NCBI RefSeq assembly: GCF_006345805.1
Contig: NC_043003.1
Coordinates: forward strand, 186,001 to 250,000
Source of the DNA: Octopus sinensis
Lineage: Eukaryota
Length of the DNA stretch: 64,000 nucleotides
Direction of reading: 5' to 3'
The number at the start of each line of letters is the position of its first letter. The stretch's first letter is position 1. The notes beneath the pieces are model-generated. The model ran no database searches. It was given only the letters and a program-made list of their open reading frames with translations, and was not told the DNA's origin. Positions 26,595 to 40,229 of this stretch are shown piece after piece. Made by a program: the position numbers and the translations under genes.

Positions 26595-27169
26595 AGAGAA
26601 AGAGAGAGAGAGAGAAAGAGGGGGAAAGAAAACAATTGGAGGCGATATTGAAAGAGTATTAGATGGGAGTAGAGGAATGTATTTGTGTCCCCTGTTATTG
26701 CCCAGACGTTTAACGTCTCCCTTTACAAGGAATCTAAGTGAACTTTATAAGGTGGGGAGCTGGCAGAATCGTTAGTACAGTAGATAAAATGCTTTGTACC
26801 ACTCCTTCTGGCTCTTTACGTTCCGAGTTCAAATCCCGCCGAGGATGACTTTGCCTTTCATCCTTTCAGGATCGATAAAACAAGCATATTTTTATTTAGC
26901 GACAAATAAAATTTGGAACTTCACACAAACATTAGACTCTCTGTTAACCAACCAAAATATATCTTTGTTACAGACCTTTCATGATTGTGAAGCAAACCTT
27001 TTCGCCGCTAAATCCATGCATTTGTATGGATGTGTTTGTTTTAGGATGATGATGTGTATGTGTTGTCGCTACACAACCATTTTTTTTTTGTATAATTGTA
27101 TTCTAGATATTTCTTCATTGCTATCAAAATATTTACACAAATGAATCTCTTATACTCCCAAATACACAC

Positions 27170-27293
<124 letters not shown>

Positions 27294-27295
<2 letters not shown>

Positions 27296-30200
27296 CAAAG
27301 TAAAGACAATATTCGTAGACCCGGAGGGTAGACTGGTCATCCTGGATGTCGACGGCAGTAATGGGTGCGCTTTTCGACTCGTATCAGTCTACACACCGCC
27401 CTTAACAGGTCGGGCGGATTTCTTTCAACGTCTAGAAGTATTCTTGGGAACGTCTCGTCCTTTACTCTTAGTGGGGGATTGGAATGCTACCTTGGACACG
27501 CATGTAGACTACGTGGGCAGAGATAGGAATAGACGGGAATGCAAATGCCTCAAAGACCTGCTCAGACGCTTTCAACTGTCTGACAGGTTCCGACTAGACC
27601 ACCCGAATGCGCCAACGTGGACATGGAGCAACCGCATCGGGTCGTCGAGATCGTATCTAGATAGGATACTGTGTAGGACAGTAGATAGAGATAGCATAGG
27701 ATGTCCACAATTCCACATAGTCAGCTACACGGATCACAAACTTGTGACATGTACGCTAGACTTACGTAAGACACTTAGGCAGGGTCCAGGATACTGGAAA
27801 CTAAACGCGTCTTTCCAATCGAGACAGGTTTTCAGAGACCAGATTAGCACATTAGTAAAGAGGGCTTTGACGGGAGCTATCATCAACAACAAATGGTGGT
27901 TTGCCCTCAAGAGAGCAGTAAAAGCAGAAGCGATTAGGTACAGCAAAGCACTAGCCATAGATAGAAATAGAGTAGAGGGTGAGCTAGTTAAGAAGCTAGA
28001 AGAGGCAATTAGAAGCGGCATCGCATCCGACGTTTTGGCGGCGAGATTGGCCCTCGACCAACACTTCAACGCCAAACACGAAGGGTGTGCTGTCAGAGCT
28101 AGGATGCGTGCTCTAAAGAACGAAGGTGTTGGAGCCGCGAGAGAGGCCCGGATGGCAGAGGCGCAACAGGGCAACAAAGCCACCATTCGGTCTCCGGTAG
28201 ATGAACAGGGGCACGAATTGCTCGAGCCAAGTAAAATGTGTGAGGCCTTTCAACAGCATTTTGCTCGACTGTTCGGGACGAGTAGCGGGCAAGAACGTAG
28301 AGTGGACTTCAGTGCCTACCTACACAGCCTACCACGACTCTCGACAAGAGAGGCAGGGCGCTGCGAAGGTGCCATCACGGCGGCGGAAGTGCAGGACGCA
28401 ATGGCAGAATGCTCGAGGGACAAATCGCCGGGTTTGGATGGTCTACCCTACGAGCTTTACAGTTGTATGCCGGACTTGATTGGAGACGTCTTGGCAGCGG
28501 TGTACTGCAACTAGCAGCAAAACGGGAGCATTCCTGGTTTTGTGAGCCGAGGAGCCGTAACACTGCTGAAGAAAGATCTAAACAAGGGGAATGTAATAGA
28601 TAACTTTAGGCCCAACACTCTGCTTAATGCAGACTTGAAAATTTTGGCCAATGTGTTAGCCAAGAGGTTGGCGCTTGTCATCGAGAAACTGGTCGACAAG
28701 GCGCAAACGTGCGCCGTGCCGGGCCGGACCATCCACCTGATGCGCTACATCATAGACAGGGTCGTTAATGAACCTGGCATGGGTGGGGCGCTGATCAATT
28801 TGGATCAATCGAAAGCTTTCGATAGGGTAGACCATCGATACTTGGAGGCTGTTCTCAGAGCGGCTGGCTTCGGTCCCGTCTTCCGCGGCTGGATAGCCGC
28901 TTTGTACAGAGGCATCCGTTCGGTAATTCGCGTAAATGGACATCTATCGAGACCTTTCGACATCGCACGTTCGGTCCGTCAGGGATGCCCCCTCTCGTCG
29001 CTTCTATACGTATTGACTCTCGAGCCATTATTGCGGAAGCTGGCAACTTTGAGGGGCATCCCGCGAGAACTGGGATGCGGGACGAGCGTGTCTGCATACG
29101 CGGACGACGTCACCGTCATAGTGTCTAGCCACGAGCACATCGTGCAGGTCGGCGAGACACTGAAAAACTACGAAGCGGTGACAGGAGCGAAAATCAACCG
29201 GGAAAAGTCAGTGGGCTTGCGACTAGGCACCTGGAGAAGCAAGCCCATGCCGTCCACCAGCGCCCCCGTCGTGGGACGCTGGACCGACGGCCCGGTCGAG
29301 TTGCTCGGGGTCTGGTTCGGTCCGGACCTCCAAGTGGAGAAGAACTGGAACGAGATAATGTGTAGGGTGGTCACTCTCGCCCGGCAATGGGCCGAGAGGA
29401 AACTGTCCCTAAAAGGTCGGGCGGAGGTGGCGAACACGTACATCGCGTCCGTCATCTACTACCGCCTGACCGTCGTGCCTTGTCCCCACCCTACCATCAC
29501 CAAACTAGAACGCATTCTCTTTCGCTTCTTGTGGAAAGGATGTGTCCCGATGGTCAGGCGATCCATTTGCTGTCAACATCCGTTAAAAGGAGGACTAGGC
29601 ATGCCGTGGTTGATGATGCGCAGACACGCGCTGAGACTGCGACATCTCAGGCTCTTCGTAGACGACGGTGAACAGGTGTGGTCGCCGTTTGTGAAGCACG
29701 CTTTCCTATCGTCAATATTGTCACGCCTCCCTCCTTCAAACGGGAAGGAAGAGCTATTTTCATCATCCTTGTGGCTATGGCGAAAGAATGTATCTGGTGG
29801 ACGCGTCTGAAAGGATTGGAGACAACACTTTCCTCTCTGGTCAATCTCTCATCACTTCTTCAAGTACCACTTGAAAAGGAAAGGAGAGTAGAGAGGCAAG
29901 TTTTGTCTAGCGAATGTTTTAAAAAAAGATGGGTGAATGTAGCAAGGATGGCGCGTATGAATGACGAAGCCACCTTGAGCATGATCCTATGAACCCAGAA
30001 ATTGAAAACAGAGGGTTACCCACTTGCAAACAAATGTGGTAACATATAACAATATTGACCGAGGTTACCGTGGTCTTTTTCGTAAGCTTTTCTTCCCACG
30101 GATAAACCTTATCTGCTTTCCCCTTTACATCGTACATCATGACACTGTGATACACGATCCCTATTGATCGTTTTTTTCCTCTCCCCCTTTCTCCTCTTTT

Positions 30201-30380
30201 TCTTCCTTTTTTATTTTTCTTTCCTCCCCCCCCTTTTACGATCCCTTTTGATCGAAAACCTACGCCAGTTTTTTTTGTTTCTTTTGTTTTTTTTTTGTTT
30301 TTTCCATCCCCCAAAAGAAAAGCTCTACCTTGTAATTTGTCCCTTCTGTGTGCAGCCCTGTGTGGCTAATAAAGAAACTT
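27294..30380 (+). mobile_element. Tx1/L1-clade LINE, 5'-truncated, APE endonuclease plus RT
   Basis: EN motifs GDWNA, SYLDR and TDHKLV; RT motifs KSPGLDGLP, DQSKAFDRVDH, VRQGCPLS and YADDV. ORFs 27096-28514 and 28542-29810 share a frame and are split by one TAG (28512-28514). AATAAA lies at 30368. Confidence 0.93.
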
Positions 30381-30393
30381 ATCTATCTATCTA

Positions 30394-30458
<65 letters not shown>

Positions 30459-31792
30459 GTTTCCTACTTCTGTCTGTCGGTCTCTTTCTCCTCTCCCCCT
30501 CTCTGTCTAATGTCACTGTCGACCACGCTTCATCTCTGTATCGCCGTGTGTGTGTATGCGTGTATGTACATATGTGTGTGCATGTGTGTGGACGTGAACA
30601 TTAATATTACAGAAAAATGTTTCAAACTCCTTGATGTAGACATGAGGATACAATTTCCTAATTACAGTCATTTACTTTCTAAGGTGAACCGGGTACATTG
30701 TGTACAATCTTGAACACCCCGCCACACACATTCCTATATATATGTTTGTTTATGTGTCCATGTGTATGCGTTTGCTCACACACACACAGACCACTCAAAG
30801 CACATAGTTATACATATACGTACAAACCTTAGACGCATTTAACTTTGGATTTATCATCGCTCTATCTCTTCATCTCTCTCAATCTTTGTGTGTGCATCAG
30901 CGTATGTCTGTGTGTGCGTGTATACACCCACGTACACACGCAAGAATGTAGACAAACACACAGAGGGTCAGTTTGAACACGCACACGCACACACAACACA
31001 CCACACACACCACACACACACACACACACAACTACACCTAGCACGTTTGAAATATTTTAAAGGTTACTCGATCTGAGTTAGATTTCTTTTTTTCTTTTTA
31101 TTAAAACCGAAAAACATTAAATAAAATATAACTTAATATAACAAAACCGAATTACATAAATTTAGAAAAGACTTATACAACACCATAGCTGTGAAGTTAA
31201 GAAGTCCTGTGCGGCAGTTGCACCTGATTACGAAGCAGACTTCTTAAGAAGCCCTGCGCGGCAGCTTAGACATGGGTCTTCTACCATGTCCATATTATTT
31301 GCATCGTTTAAAGTTCATGGCAGTTTATGGCCTCTGTGACATAATGAATGTGTATTTGAGTGACGGAATTTTTTTGGATTTACTTTCAACAGAAGAACCA
31401 TTTGTTGTAGCTCATGCACGTGTGAAATCGGTGTGTTTTCCTCTTCCGCTAGCAGATATTTTTGAATTTCATGACTTTCTGACGTTATGTATCAGCTTTA
31501 GTTGTCATTGACGGTATGAGACATTTCAGCACAGCCGTTTTGACGCCGCTTATTTGGCGCCGCTGATTCGACGCTGACTTATTTGACATTAGACGTTTTA
31601 ATGTTTCGTTTCAATGTTTCTCTCCCTCACCGCTCTCTCTCCCTCTGTGTTTCTATGACTATATTTCTTTGTGTATAAGGAGAGGCAACGTGTTTATGTC
31701 AATTGTGATCAACAAATAAATTGCAATATGTCCCCCCTCTCTTCCTCACACTCTTTCAATCTGCACGTGTATATTTTTGTGTTTTTCCCCAG

Positions 31793-32200
31793 TGCCAAAA
31801 CGTACTATTGCCAAAACAGGCAGAATGTCCAGTCAGACGTGTCAAGTCACCAGCGTCGAAACAGCATCGCCCGATCGTCTCATTTCAGTGATGCCAACAT
31901 ACGCTTTTCTTCTCGGTTCCGTTGGAATCTAAAGCACCAGCCTCACACAGCTCCTGTTTTCAGACCAAGGGACAACACCAGGTCATCCTTTCCTCAGCAG
32001 CAGATGACGAGCAACGATCCAAAAGTTACACTACATGTCTCTTGGCCACAAAATTATAGTATTCTCACATCAAACCCTTCAGACTTATATAAAGTTAAGA
32101 GGCTTGATCCGGAACACATCACAAACCAAATAATAAGAGACGAACTCACTATGCATACGTATTCGATTAATGCGATCTTAGAAACATTATATGTGTGTAT
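31793..32200 (+). CDS. Candidate host-gene exon, product unknown
   Basis: Pyrimidine tract plus CAG acceptor at 31792, then >130 open codons of non-repetitive sequence (AKTYYCQNRQNVQ...IIRDELTMH). The donor is uncertain and no homology was recognised. Confidence 0.35.
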
Positions 32201-32279
32201 GTGTTACCCGAGCTAAACAGGGATGGAAAACTGGGAGAGAGAGAGGGAGAGAGAGAGAGAGTTGAGTGAGAGAGAGCGA

Positions 32280-32318
<39 letters not shown>

Positions 32319-32942
32319 TAATAGATTTAATATCAACGCGCCATTTGCTGTGATTGTTCCCGAAAATGGCTTAACGAACAATTTTCATTTACCAAACTAT
32401 CTTTTCGGAGTAAATCATTCGCCAGGAGTGACATAAACCATAGTAATTCACGCTTTCTTTACTGATTTCACCAATAATCACCCGAGCATCAACATTAGAG
32501 AAAGTTAATACTTATATATATATATATATATACACACATAAAATAAAACACACACACAAACACTGAATGCATATATATGTGTGTATGCATGCAGCATCTA
32601 TCTAACGATCTCCATATAATATATTATATATATAATATAATATATATATATAATATAATATATATACATATATATATATACACACACACACACACACTAT
32701 AGATATATATATATACTAGCTATATATAATATATATATATATTATTATATATAATAGTATATATATATATATATAATATAAAATATAGATATATATATAT
32801 ATATGATATAAAAAGAATTTATATATATATATATATATATTATATATAAAATATATATAAAATATAATATATATTATATATATATATATATATATAGATA
32901 CATCTATATATATATTACCCACACACACACACACACATATAG

Positions 32943-32977
<35 letters not shown>

Positions 32978-33486
32978 TATATATATATATATATAATATA
33001 TATATATATAATATAATGTATATATAATATATATATAGATGTCACAAGAAATAATTTCGTTCTTCTTACGGAAGCAAAGAAAGATATATATAGGACTGCA
33101 AAAAAGAAGTGCTCAAGTGAAATTGAGACAAAAACCAATGATTAGAGAAGAGTCTTCAAATTCGGGCCAAAGACTTTATATAACCCTACACTTCTATACA
33201 TTTCATCATATACAAATAATACCAAGGCCTTCAACATATAAAAGAAATACGTATATAAAAACTGGAAGTAAAAAATATATATATGCACATATAAAAAATA
33301 CAAATATACATAGAAGGACTAAAATAGGTGATGAAAATGAATCATTAAAACAAATCAATCGACTAAAAAAATTTACCCATCGATTAAAAATATATCAAAA
33401 TAGTCAGTCCTTAAAAATGAAGCAATCCATGGTAGGTCCGGTATCCAAAGAACGTGAGAGAGTTCCAAAGAAGGGTAAGTCAAAAC

Positions 33487-33576
33487 CCATACCTATGGCC
33501 ATCTCGGGAGTTCATTGCCGCTGTCCGATTGCAAATTAAAGCGAATCTCGGCAATGACTCCCTCATCAGGATGAAC
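33487..33576 (-). ncRNA. Type I hammerhead-like motif with long stem II and GAGA in place of GAAA
   Basis: GTTCATC-CTGATGA-GGGAGTCATTGCCG-(28 nt)-CGGCAATGAACTCCC-GAG-ATGGCCAT-A-GGTATGG. Confidence 0.65.
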
Positions 33577-33615
33577 AGAACTCTCTAAGAATTTCACATT
33601 CAAGTAGTCCACAGG

Positions 33616-36600
33616 TAATTCTTTATTGCCTACAAAGGCCAACATAGAAAGGGCAGTACAAATAGGGGGGGGTCTACACGACTGATGGTACAACAAAAAG
33701 ATGGCAGTTAAAAGTTAATGACAAATTCGAATGATTATACAATACAAAAACAATAAAATGGAGTGAGGGTCGGGTTCGACTTCGACCCCACAAGCCCTAT
33801 ACCACCACCGAAACCTTTAGTTACCTTTTATGAAATACGCTCATGTTGAAGCATTCATTCTCAACTTTTGTGCTACATTCTTCCATCTTTTGTCGTATAT
33901 ATCGGACGGCAGGCATCTCCTCTCCAGCTTTATTTTCCTCTTCAGATGGAAAGCAAAGAATTTCACCAAACCAAAGCTGGAGATGAGGTTGCCTGTCGCT
34001 GCTCCTTTCATTCGAGTCTTCCACTCCACCTCTTTCGCTACAACGACCACAATGAGAAAACAAACCTTTCCTTCTTTGTTCAAGGAGGAAGCTGGAACGA
34101 TCTTTATAATCGATCCGGAAGACAGTTGCACTTTTCCTGGACGTGACAGCAGCTGTCCGGCGTAAACTCATATTTCCGAGATCTTCGGACACTGCCCAAT
34201 GGCGTGCAGCACAGTTTCACTGTCCTGCTCGCATCAAGGGCAAGTGAGCAAGCAAGAATGACCATGCCTTGCGAGTTCATCGCGGACTGGTAAGGCTCCT
34301 CGGTAACATTGTCAAGCCAGGGACTTTTAGAGACTATCCAAGGCCTCTGACCCGAATGTCCTTTGGAACCGGCCGGCAAGTTGACTATTGTCGAAGCCCA
34401 GTGTTTCCCCCAGGACGTCATCGCACTTAGCCTCTACCAACCCTCTATAGTATGACGAGGTGGAACCCCCGCCGCTGGCATTACTCGTGCGGGAGAGGAG
34501 CACGAGTGCCTGACGGCACTCAGCTTGCCTAGCCCCCAACTTCGCTCTACGGTTCCAGATCACTAAAACTCTTGAAGTATCGATTTGACGAACGGGGACC
34601 ACACCCGTTCACACCCAGGTAAAGCCAAAGATGCCTCAGCCCCAGCTCATGTCTGCGTATCATTAGCCAAAGCATCCCTAACCCACCCTTTAGCGGGTGT
34701 TGGCGCCTTACAAGAGGTCTTTTGCCTTTCCATAGAAAGCGGAAGTACAGTCGTTCCAACTTGATCAGCAACGAATCGGGGCAAAGCACGACGGTTAGGC
34801 GGTCGGTGATTACGGATGCAATACACACATTTGCGACCGCCGCCCTTCCCTTTCAGAGAGAACCACTGTTCAGACCAAGTCTGAGTTAGGAGGGTCACTT
34901 TACTAGTTACCTCGCTCCAATTCTTCTCTATTTGGAGGTCTCAACCGGACCAAACCCCGTTCAACGCCCGATAACGTTGTTGGGAGGAATTGACTTGTCA
35001 ACCCAGGTGCCGAGTTGCAAGCCAACTGACTTCTCACAGTTAATTTTTGCTCCTGCCATCGCCTCGTAATCCTGAATGGCCTCACCTACCCTCTGTAGGT
35101 GTTCGACCTCGGATACGATGAGGGTGATGTCATCTGCATACGCCATAACCGACCTTTCACAACCCAGATCACGTGGTGCGCCTCTCATCCCCTCCAATTT
35201 CCGTAGAAAAAGGATCAAGAGCCAATATATACAGAAGGTGGCGGGGAGATGGCATCCTTGACGTACCGAGCGCTTGATGCAGAACGGCTTCGAAAAGAAA
35301 CCGTTCACCCGAACGATCGAATTGATGTTGTTATATAGAGCGATGATCCAAGTACAGAAGGTCGGGCCCAGTCCGACCATTGCGAGGACCAACACCAAGT
35401 ATAGATGGTCAACCCTATCAAAAGCTTTAGCTTGGTCTAAATGAACCAATGCCCCACCCTTGCCAGGAATCCTGTTCACCTTCTCTAAGGTATAGCGAAT
35501 AAGGTGGAGATTGTTGTGTATGAATCTGCCGGAAATGGCACATTTTTGTGCCTCCCCGACGATATCACCCACAACACGCGCCAACCTTTTTGCTAATGCC
35601 TTGGCTAAAATCGTCAGCTCTGTGTAAAGCAGAGTGATGGTCTGGAAATTATCAACTAAGTCCCCCTTGTTTAGGTCTTTTCTTAGCAGTACCACCACCC
35701 ACCGGCTTACAGATCTGGGTATCAACCCATTCTGCCACCAGTTGGGGAAGACACATCCAAGTAGGTGCTCAAACAAGTCTGGCATACTATAATAAACCTC
35801 GTAAGGAAGACCATCAAGCCCCGGCGACTTGTTCCCGCCGCAGTCTGACAAAGCTTCCTCCATCTGCACATTGTGATCGGCCCTTCACAGCATTCCGCCT
35901 CCTGTCCCGAGAGACGCGGCAAACTAGCGAGGCAATCCGTGAGGTCCCTTCTACACTCCGGTCCACTGCCCCCCTCTAAAAGCTGTGCAAAATGCTCTAG
36001 AAATACCTTACACATCTCCTCGGGTTCGTTTACCAAATTCTCTTGTTGGTCCGTCAAAACCTTACTGCGGCATCATTGCCACGTCTCTACCACACGGGCC
36101 CATCCAGCAGCTTTGATTCCCTCTTGTCCCATTGCACGTAGCTTTGCTCTGACTATACATCCTTCGTGTTTAGCCTCGAGGTGTTGGTTAAGAGCCAATC
36201 TCGCCGCTAAAACTTGGGACGCAGGGCCAGACCTCAGTGCTTCATCTAGAGCCTTAACTAGAGCCTTTTCTATTCTATTTTTCTTAGTAAATAGTTCCTT
36301 ACTATATCTAAAAGACTCAAATTTGAGGGCATACCATCATTTGTTATTTATGATGGTTCCAGTCAATGCTCTCTTTACTAACAGTCTAATTCAACTCCTG
36401 TACTACTGACAAGCCAAAAGAGACTTGTTGAGTTTCCAGTAGCCGGGACCCTGCCTACATAACCTATCTAAGTCAAACTTACAGGTCACAAGTTTGTGAT
36501 CATTTTAGTTGACGTAGTGGCAATGTGGACACCTAGATTATTATTCTATCGAAAGATCTAAAAGACCCGTCGCTATTAGCCCATGTCCACAATGAAGCGA

Positions 36601-37945
36601 CCGGGAATTCTAGTCTGTACTGATCTGCCAGCTGAAAACGACTGAGCAGATCGATGAAGCACTGGTCTCCCTTCCTATTCGAGTTCGAGCCGACACAATC
36701 TACTCTAAAGTCTCCCAACAATACTAAATTACGTGACGTACCAAGAAAGTTCTCTAGGCTTCTAAAATAGTTAGACTGTCTAGCTCCACAAGAAGCGTAG
36801 ACAGCTACCAGCCTGAAGGACTTACCTCTGCTGTGCGTCAAGTCAAGGACGACCGATCCGTCTTCCGGGTCAAAAAAGATTGTTCTTGTCTCTAAAGTCA
36901 GATTTTTCTTGAGTAGAACTGCGACTCCTCCCGCTCCTCCAGGCTGGTATGGAGAAATAAATTTCTCGTAGCTGTTTAGGAGTGGGATGGGGTGGGTGAA
37001 AACCTCGCAGTCCACTCAGTCTAGTTTCTGTGGAAACTATCACATCCAATTTATGCGACCTGAGGTCTTTGCTTCCAATATGACCCCAGGCCGCGTACAT
37101 TTATACACCCTACATTGAGAGTAAACATAAAGATAATTTACCTTAGGTGGAGATGGGATGGTAATCCAATTTCAGTCGTTATTCCGGGGCTTGCGGGGTT
37201 TCCTTGATAATGCCCTCAATAATTTGCGAGAAGTATTTTCTCAGAGGGCCAATGTCTTGGGGGGAAATTACTTTGTAATTCATCCGATCAATCCGAAATA
37301 TTTAAATGTTTTCAGGTACTTTTATGTGTAAGTTTTTGCATTTTTCCACTGTGAGAATGTTTCAAGTTTGTGCATTAATTTTGTTTTTTATGTTTATCGC
37401 CATAATGTTTATGTCCGGTTTGGTGGGAAAGAGGGGAGGAGGTGTGAGTTTGTGTGTTTGTTGTGATTTTTTTGCATGTGCTGGGGCTGGTGGGGGCCGG
37501 TCGGGAATTTTTCCTTTTTTTTTGTTGGGGTAATCCATCCATTCTGGTTATCAGTTGTGTTTTCATTTATTCTTCCACCACAGCCTCCACCGCTGTTGTT
37601 TCTGCTTCAGGAACGGCCTCTGCTAACGTTGAGGCTGCCGCAGAGTTTTGAAGCCATAACCAACTTTTTGGGGTTTTATCACATACATTTTGTATAAAAT
37701 TGTACAACGTGATGCGTTATGCGTTACTTCGCTGGGAGGGGTCATTTCACCCCGTGACCCCTCCTTTGAAGCAGTCCTTTATATTTTATCAATTCCTTTT
37801 GGTCTATGTGTAGGTTTTTCCGGTTTATCCCTGCCGCAGCAGCAAAATTTGTTGACTTGTTTAACTCTTGGTTGTTACTTTTTCCTGGTTTCAACATATC
37901 ATCAGTTGTCGGCATATCTAATAGGGGTTCCGTTGTTTTATTGTA
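33616..37945 (-). mobile_element. Tx1/L1-clade LINE, near full-length but decayed (ORF1 remnant plus ORF2)
   Basis: ORF2 starts at 37128 (MFTLNVGCINVRGL); EN motif VLLGDF; RT motifs KSPGLDGLP, DQAKAFDRVDH and YADDI; CCHC remnant TCP*CEQDSETVLHAIGQCP at ~34188-34245; AATAAA at 33622-33627. The ORF1 boundary is approximate. Confidence 0.88.
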
Positions 37946-38960
37946 AGAAGGCGGCGAGCTGGCAGAAACGTTAGCACGCCGGGCGAAAAGCGTAGCCGTA
38001 TTTCGTCTGCCGTTACGTTCTGAGTTCAAATTCCGCCGAGGTCGACTTTGCCTTTCATCCTTTCGGGGGTCGATGAAATAAGTACCAGTTACGTACTGGA
38101 GTTGATCTAATCGATTGGCCTCATCCCCCAAATTTTCGGGCCTTGTGCCTACAGTAGAAAAGATTCTTTTATCGTAATGTATCGTAGTCTCTTCGCCAGA
38201 GGAACTACTTTAAAAAAATAAATAAATAATTGGGTAAAATAGCACACAAAAATAATAATTTTCCTATTTAAACAAGGGGGAAACATTAACAAATCAGAGA
38301 AGTAGTAAAACAAGGTGTTTTAGAAGCACGATAACAATTAATTAGCATTTTGTTTTTGGATTTGGTTTGCAAGATTCTTTATGTGAGTTCGTGTGTTGAA
38401 GCATATTCTGTTGTGTCTGGGGAGAGTCGTTCTCTTTTAGTGCCTTATCATTTAACACAGAAATTTTAGAAAAATAAAAGAGAAAAAGTGGAAATTTTAC
38501 CGGTGAGTGTGTTAAGTTATAAGGCAGCAAAAGAGAAAGACTCTCCCCAGACACAACAGAATTAATTAACAGTTCAACACATCAACAATTAATCAAGATC
38601 CCAACTCACTTCCAAAACGACAGTCCAACACGGAATGAGCCAAGTGGTTCTCAAGCATTACAAGACGGACGTAATTCTTTAGCAGGACGAGTCTAAAATT
38701 CCTATATACGAAAAATTGTTTTATTTTTATGGCTAACCAGATAGGTGGCTGCTATTTATAGGAACTTTTCTATCCGGTTTCGAAACCCAGTAAGCAAACT
38801 AAATATTATCTACCGCATCTAATCTTACATCTATATACTTTCAGAAAGGGAGAGGAAAACTTACGGTTGCGGAAAGGGACCAACTCTGTAAATTTATTTA
38901 ACGCTTTAGGCAAGAGGTTCCCATATACACAACTTACACTTATATATATATATATATATA

Positions 38961-39932
38961 TATTTTCAACAATTGAGGGTAAAATTAATTAATTATTAAT
39001 CAATTTCACCAAGTATTCAGTATGTAAAGGGACCATTATAGGCGAATTCAAAATATTACATTATATATAAGGGCTTAGTAAAATAAATTACTTTGCCACA
39101 TACTGAACTCATTAGAAATAGCAGCTAAAGAAATTTCTTCAGCTATTTCTAATACTTAAAGAAGATCTCTCTCAGATAGTGTTTGCCTAAACCAACTCAC
39201 AAAAGTATGGGGGAAAAACATTAAAAAATCAAGTGCAAAGGTTATTTGAGAACGTACGTTTCTAGATTAGTCAATTCGACATTTCTTTAAGTATTAGAAA
39301 TAGCTGAAGAAATTTCTTTAGCTGCTATTTCTAATGAGTTCAGTATGTGGCAAAGTAATTTATTTTACTAAGCCCTTATATATAATGTAATATTTTGAAT
39401 TCGCCTTGAATGGTCCCTTTACATACTGAATACTTGGTGAAATTGATTAATAATTAATTAATTTTACCCTCAATTGTTGAAATTATAATTCATCTCTCTC
39501 TGCTAAATGCTGCGGTTTTCACCGTTAATACATGGTGTTTGTCAATTTTAACCCACGCTGGTGGAAAGGGGAGAGCAGAAATTCTTCGCTTGCATATTCG
39601 AATTTGATAGCACTTTTAGTTCGAGCAGAATTCTAGAGGTGATTAGAAGCCGAAAGGGTATGCTCCCGACTTTCAGTGTTCCCAAATCCGATTCAAGGAA
39701 TTCTGAGCTGAAGAAAGAAATGTCGAATTGACTAATCTAGAAACGTACGTTCTCAAATAACCTTTGCACTTGATTTTTTAATGTTTTTCCCCCATACTTT
39801 TGTGAGTTGGTTTAGGCAAACACTATCTGAGAGAGATCTTCTTTAAGTATTAGAAATAGCTGAAGAAATTTCTTTAGCTGCTATTTCTAATGAGTTCAGT
39901 ATGTGGCAAAGTAATTTATTTTACTAAGCCCT

Positions 39933-39945
<13 letters not shown>
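38961..39945 (+). repeat. 556-bp-period unit with ~100-bp terminal direct repeat and a 328-bp inverted partial copy, between two (TA)n tracts
   Basis: TAAGTATTAGAAATAGC starts at both 39288 and 39844; 38961-39288 is the near-perfect reverse complement of downstream segments. Confidence 0.9.
39704..39755 (+). ncRNA. Type I hammerhead-like ribozyme
   Basis: TGAG-CTGAAGA-AAGAAATGTCGAATTGACTAATCTA-GAAAC-GTAC-GTT-CTCA; stem I TGAG/CTCA, palindromic stem III ACGTACGT, stem II AGA/TCT plus GTC/GAC. Confidence 0.7.
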
Positions 39946-39963
<18 letters not shown>

Positions 39964-40229
39964 GGGGGGGGGGCACATGGCTTTGTGTGTGTTGATGATG
40001 TGTTTACGTCACCGTAACTTAGCGATTCGACAAAAGAGAACGATAAAATAAGTACTAAGCCTAAAAATAATAAGTCCTGGGATCGATTTCTTCGACTAAA
40101 ACCTTTCAAGGCAGTGCTCCACCATGACCGCAGTCAAATAACAGAAGCAAGTAAAAGAAAATAATAAAAGAATACACATACACACACATACATATACATA
40201 CGTATATATGTATGTGTGTATATATCGTA

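Noticed and set aside
31525-31595. Short GC-rich tandem units (TTTGACGCCG-like) as a CRISPR or satellite
   Set aside because: Four degenerate ~15-bp units without unique spacers; more likely transposon subterminal repeats.
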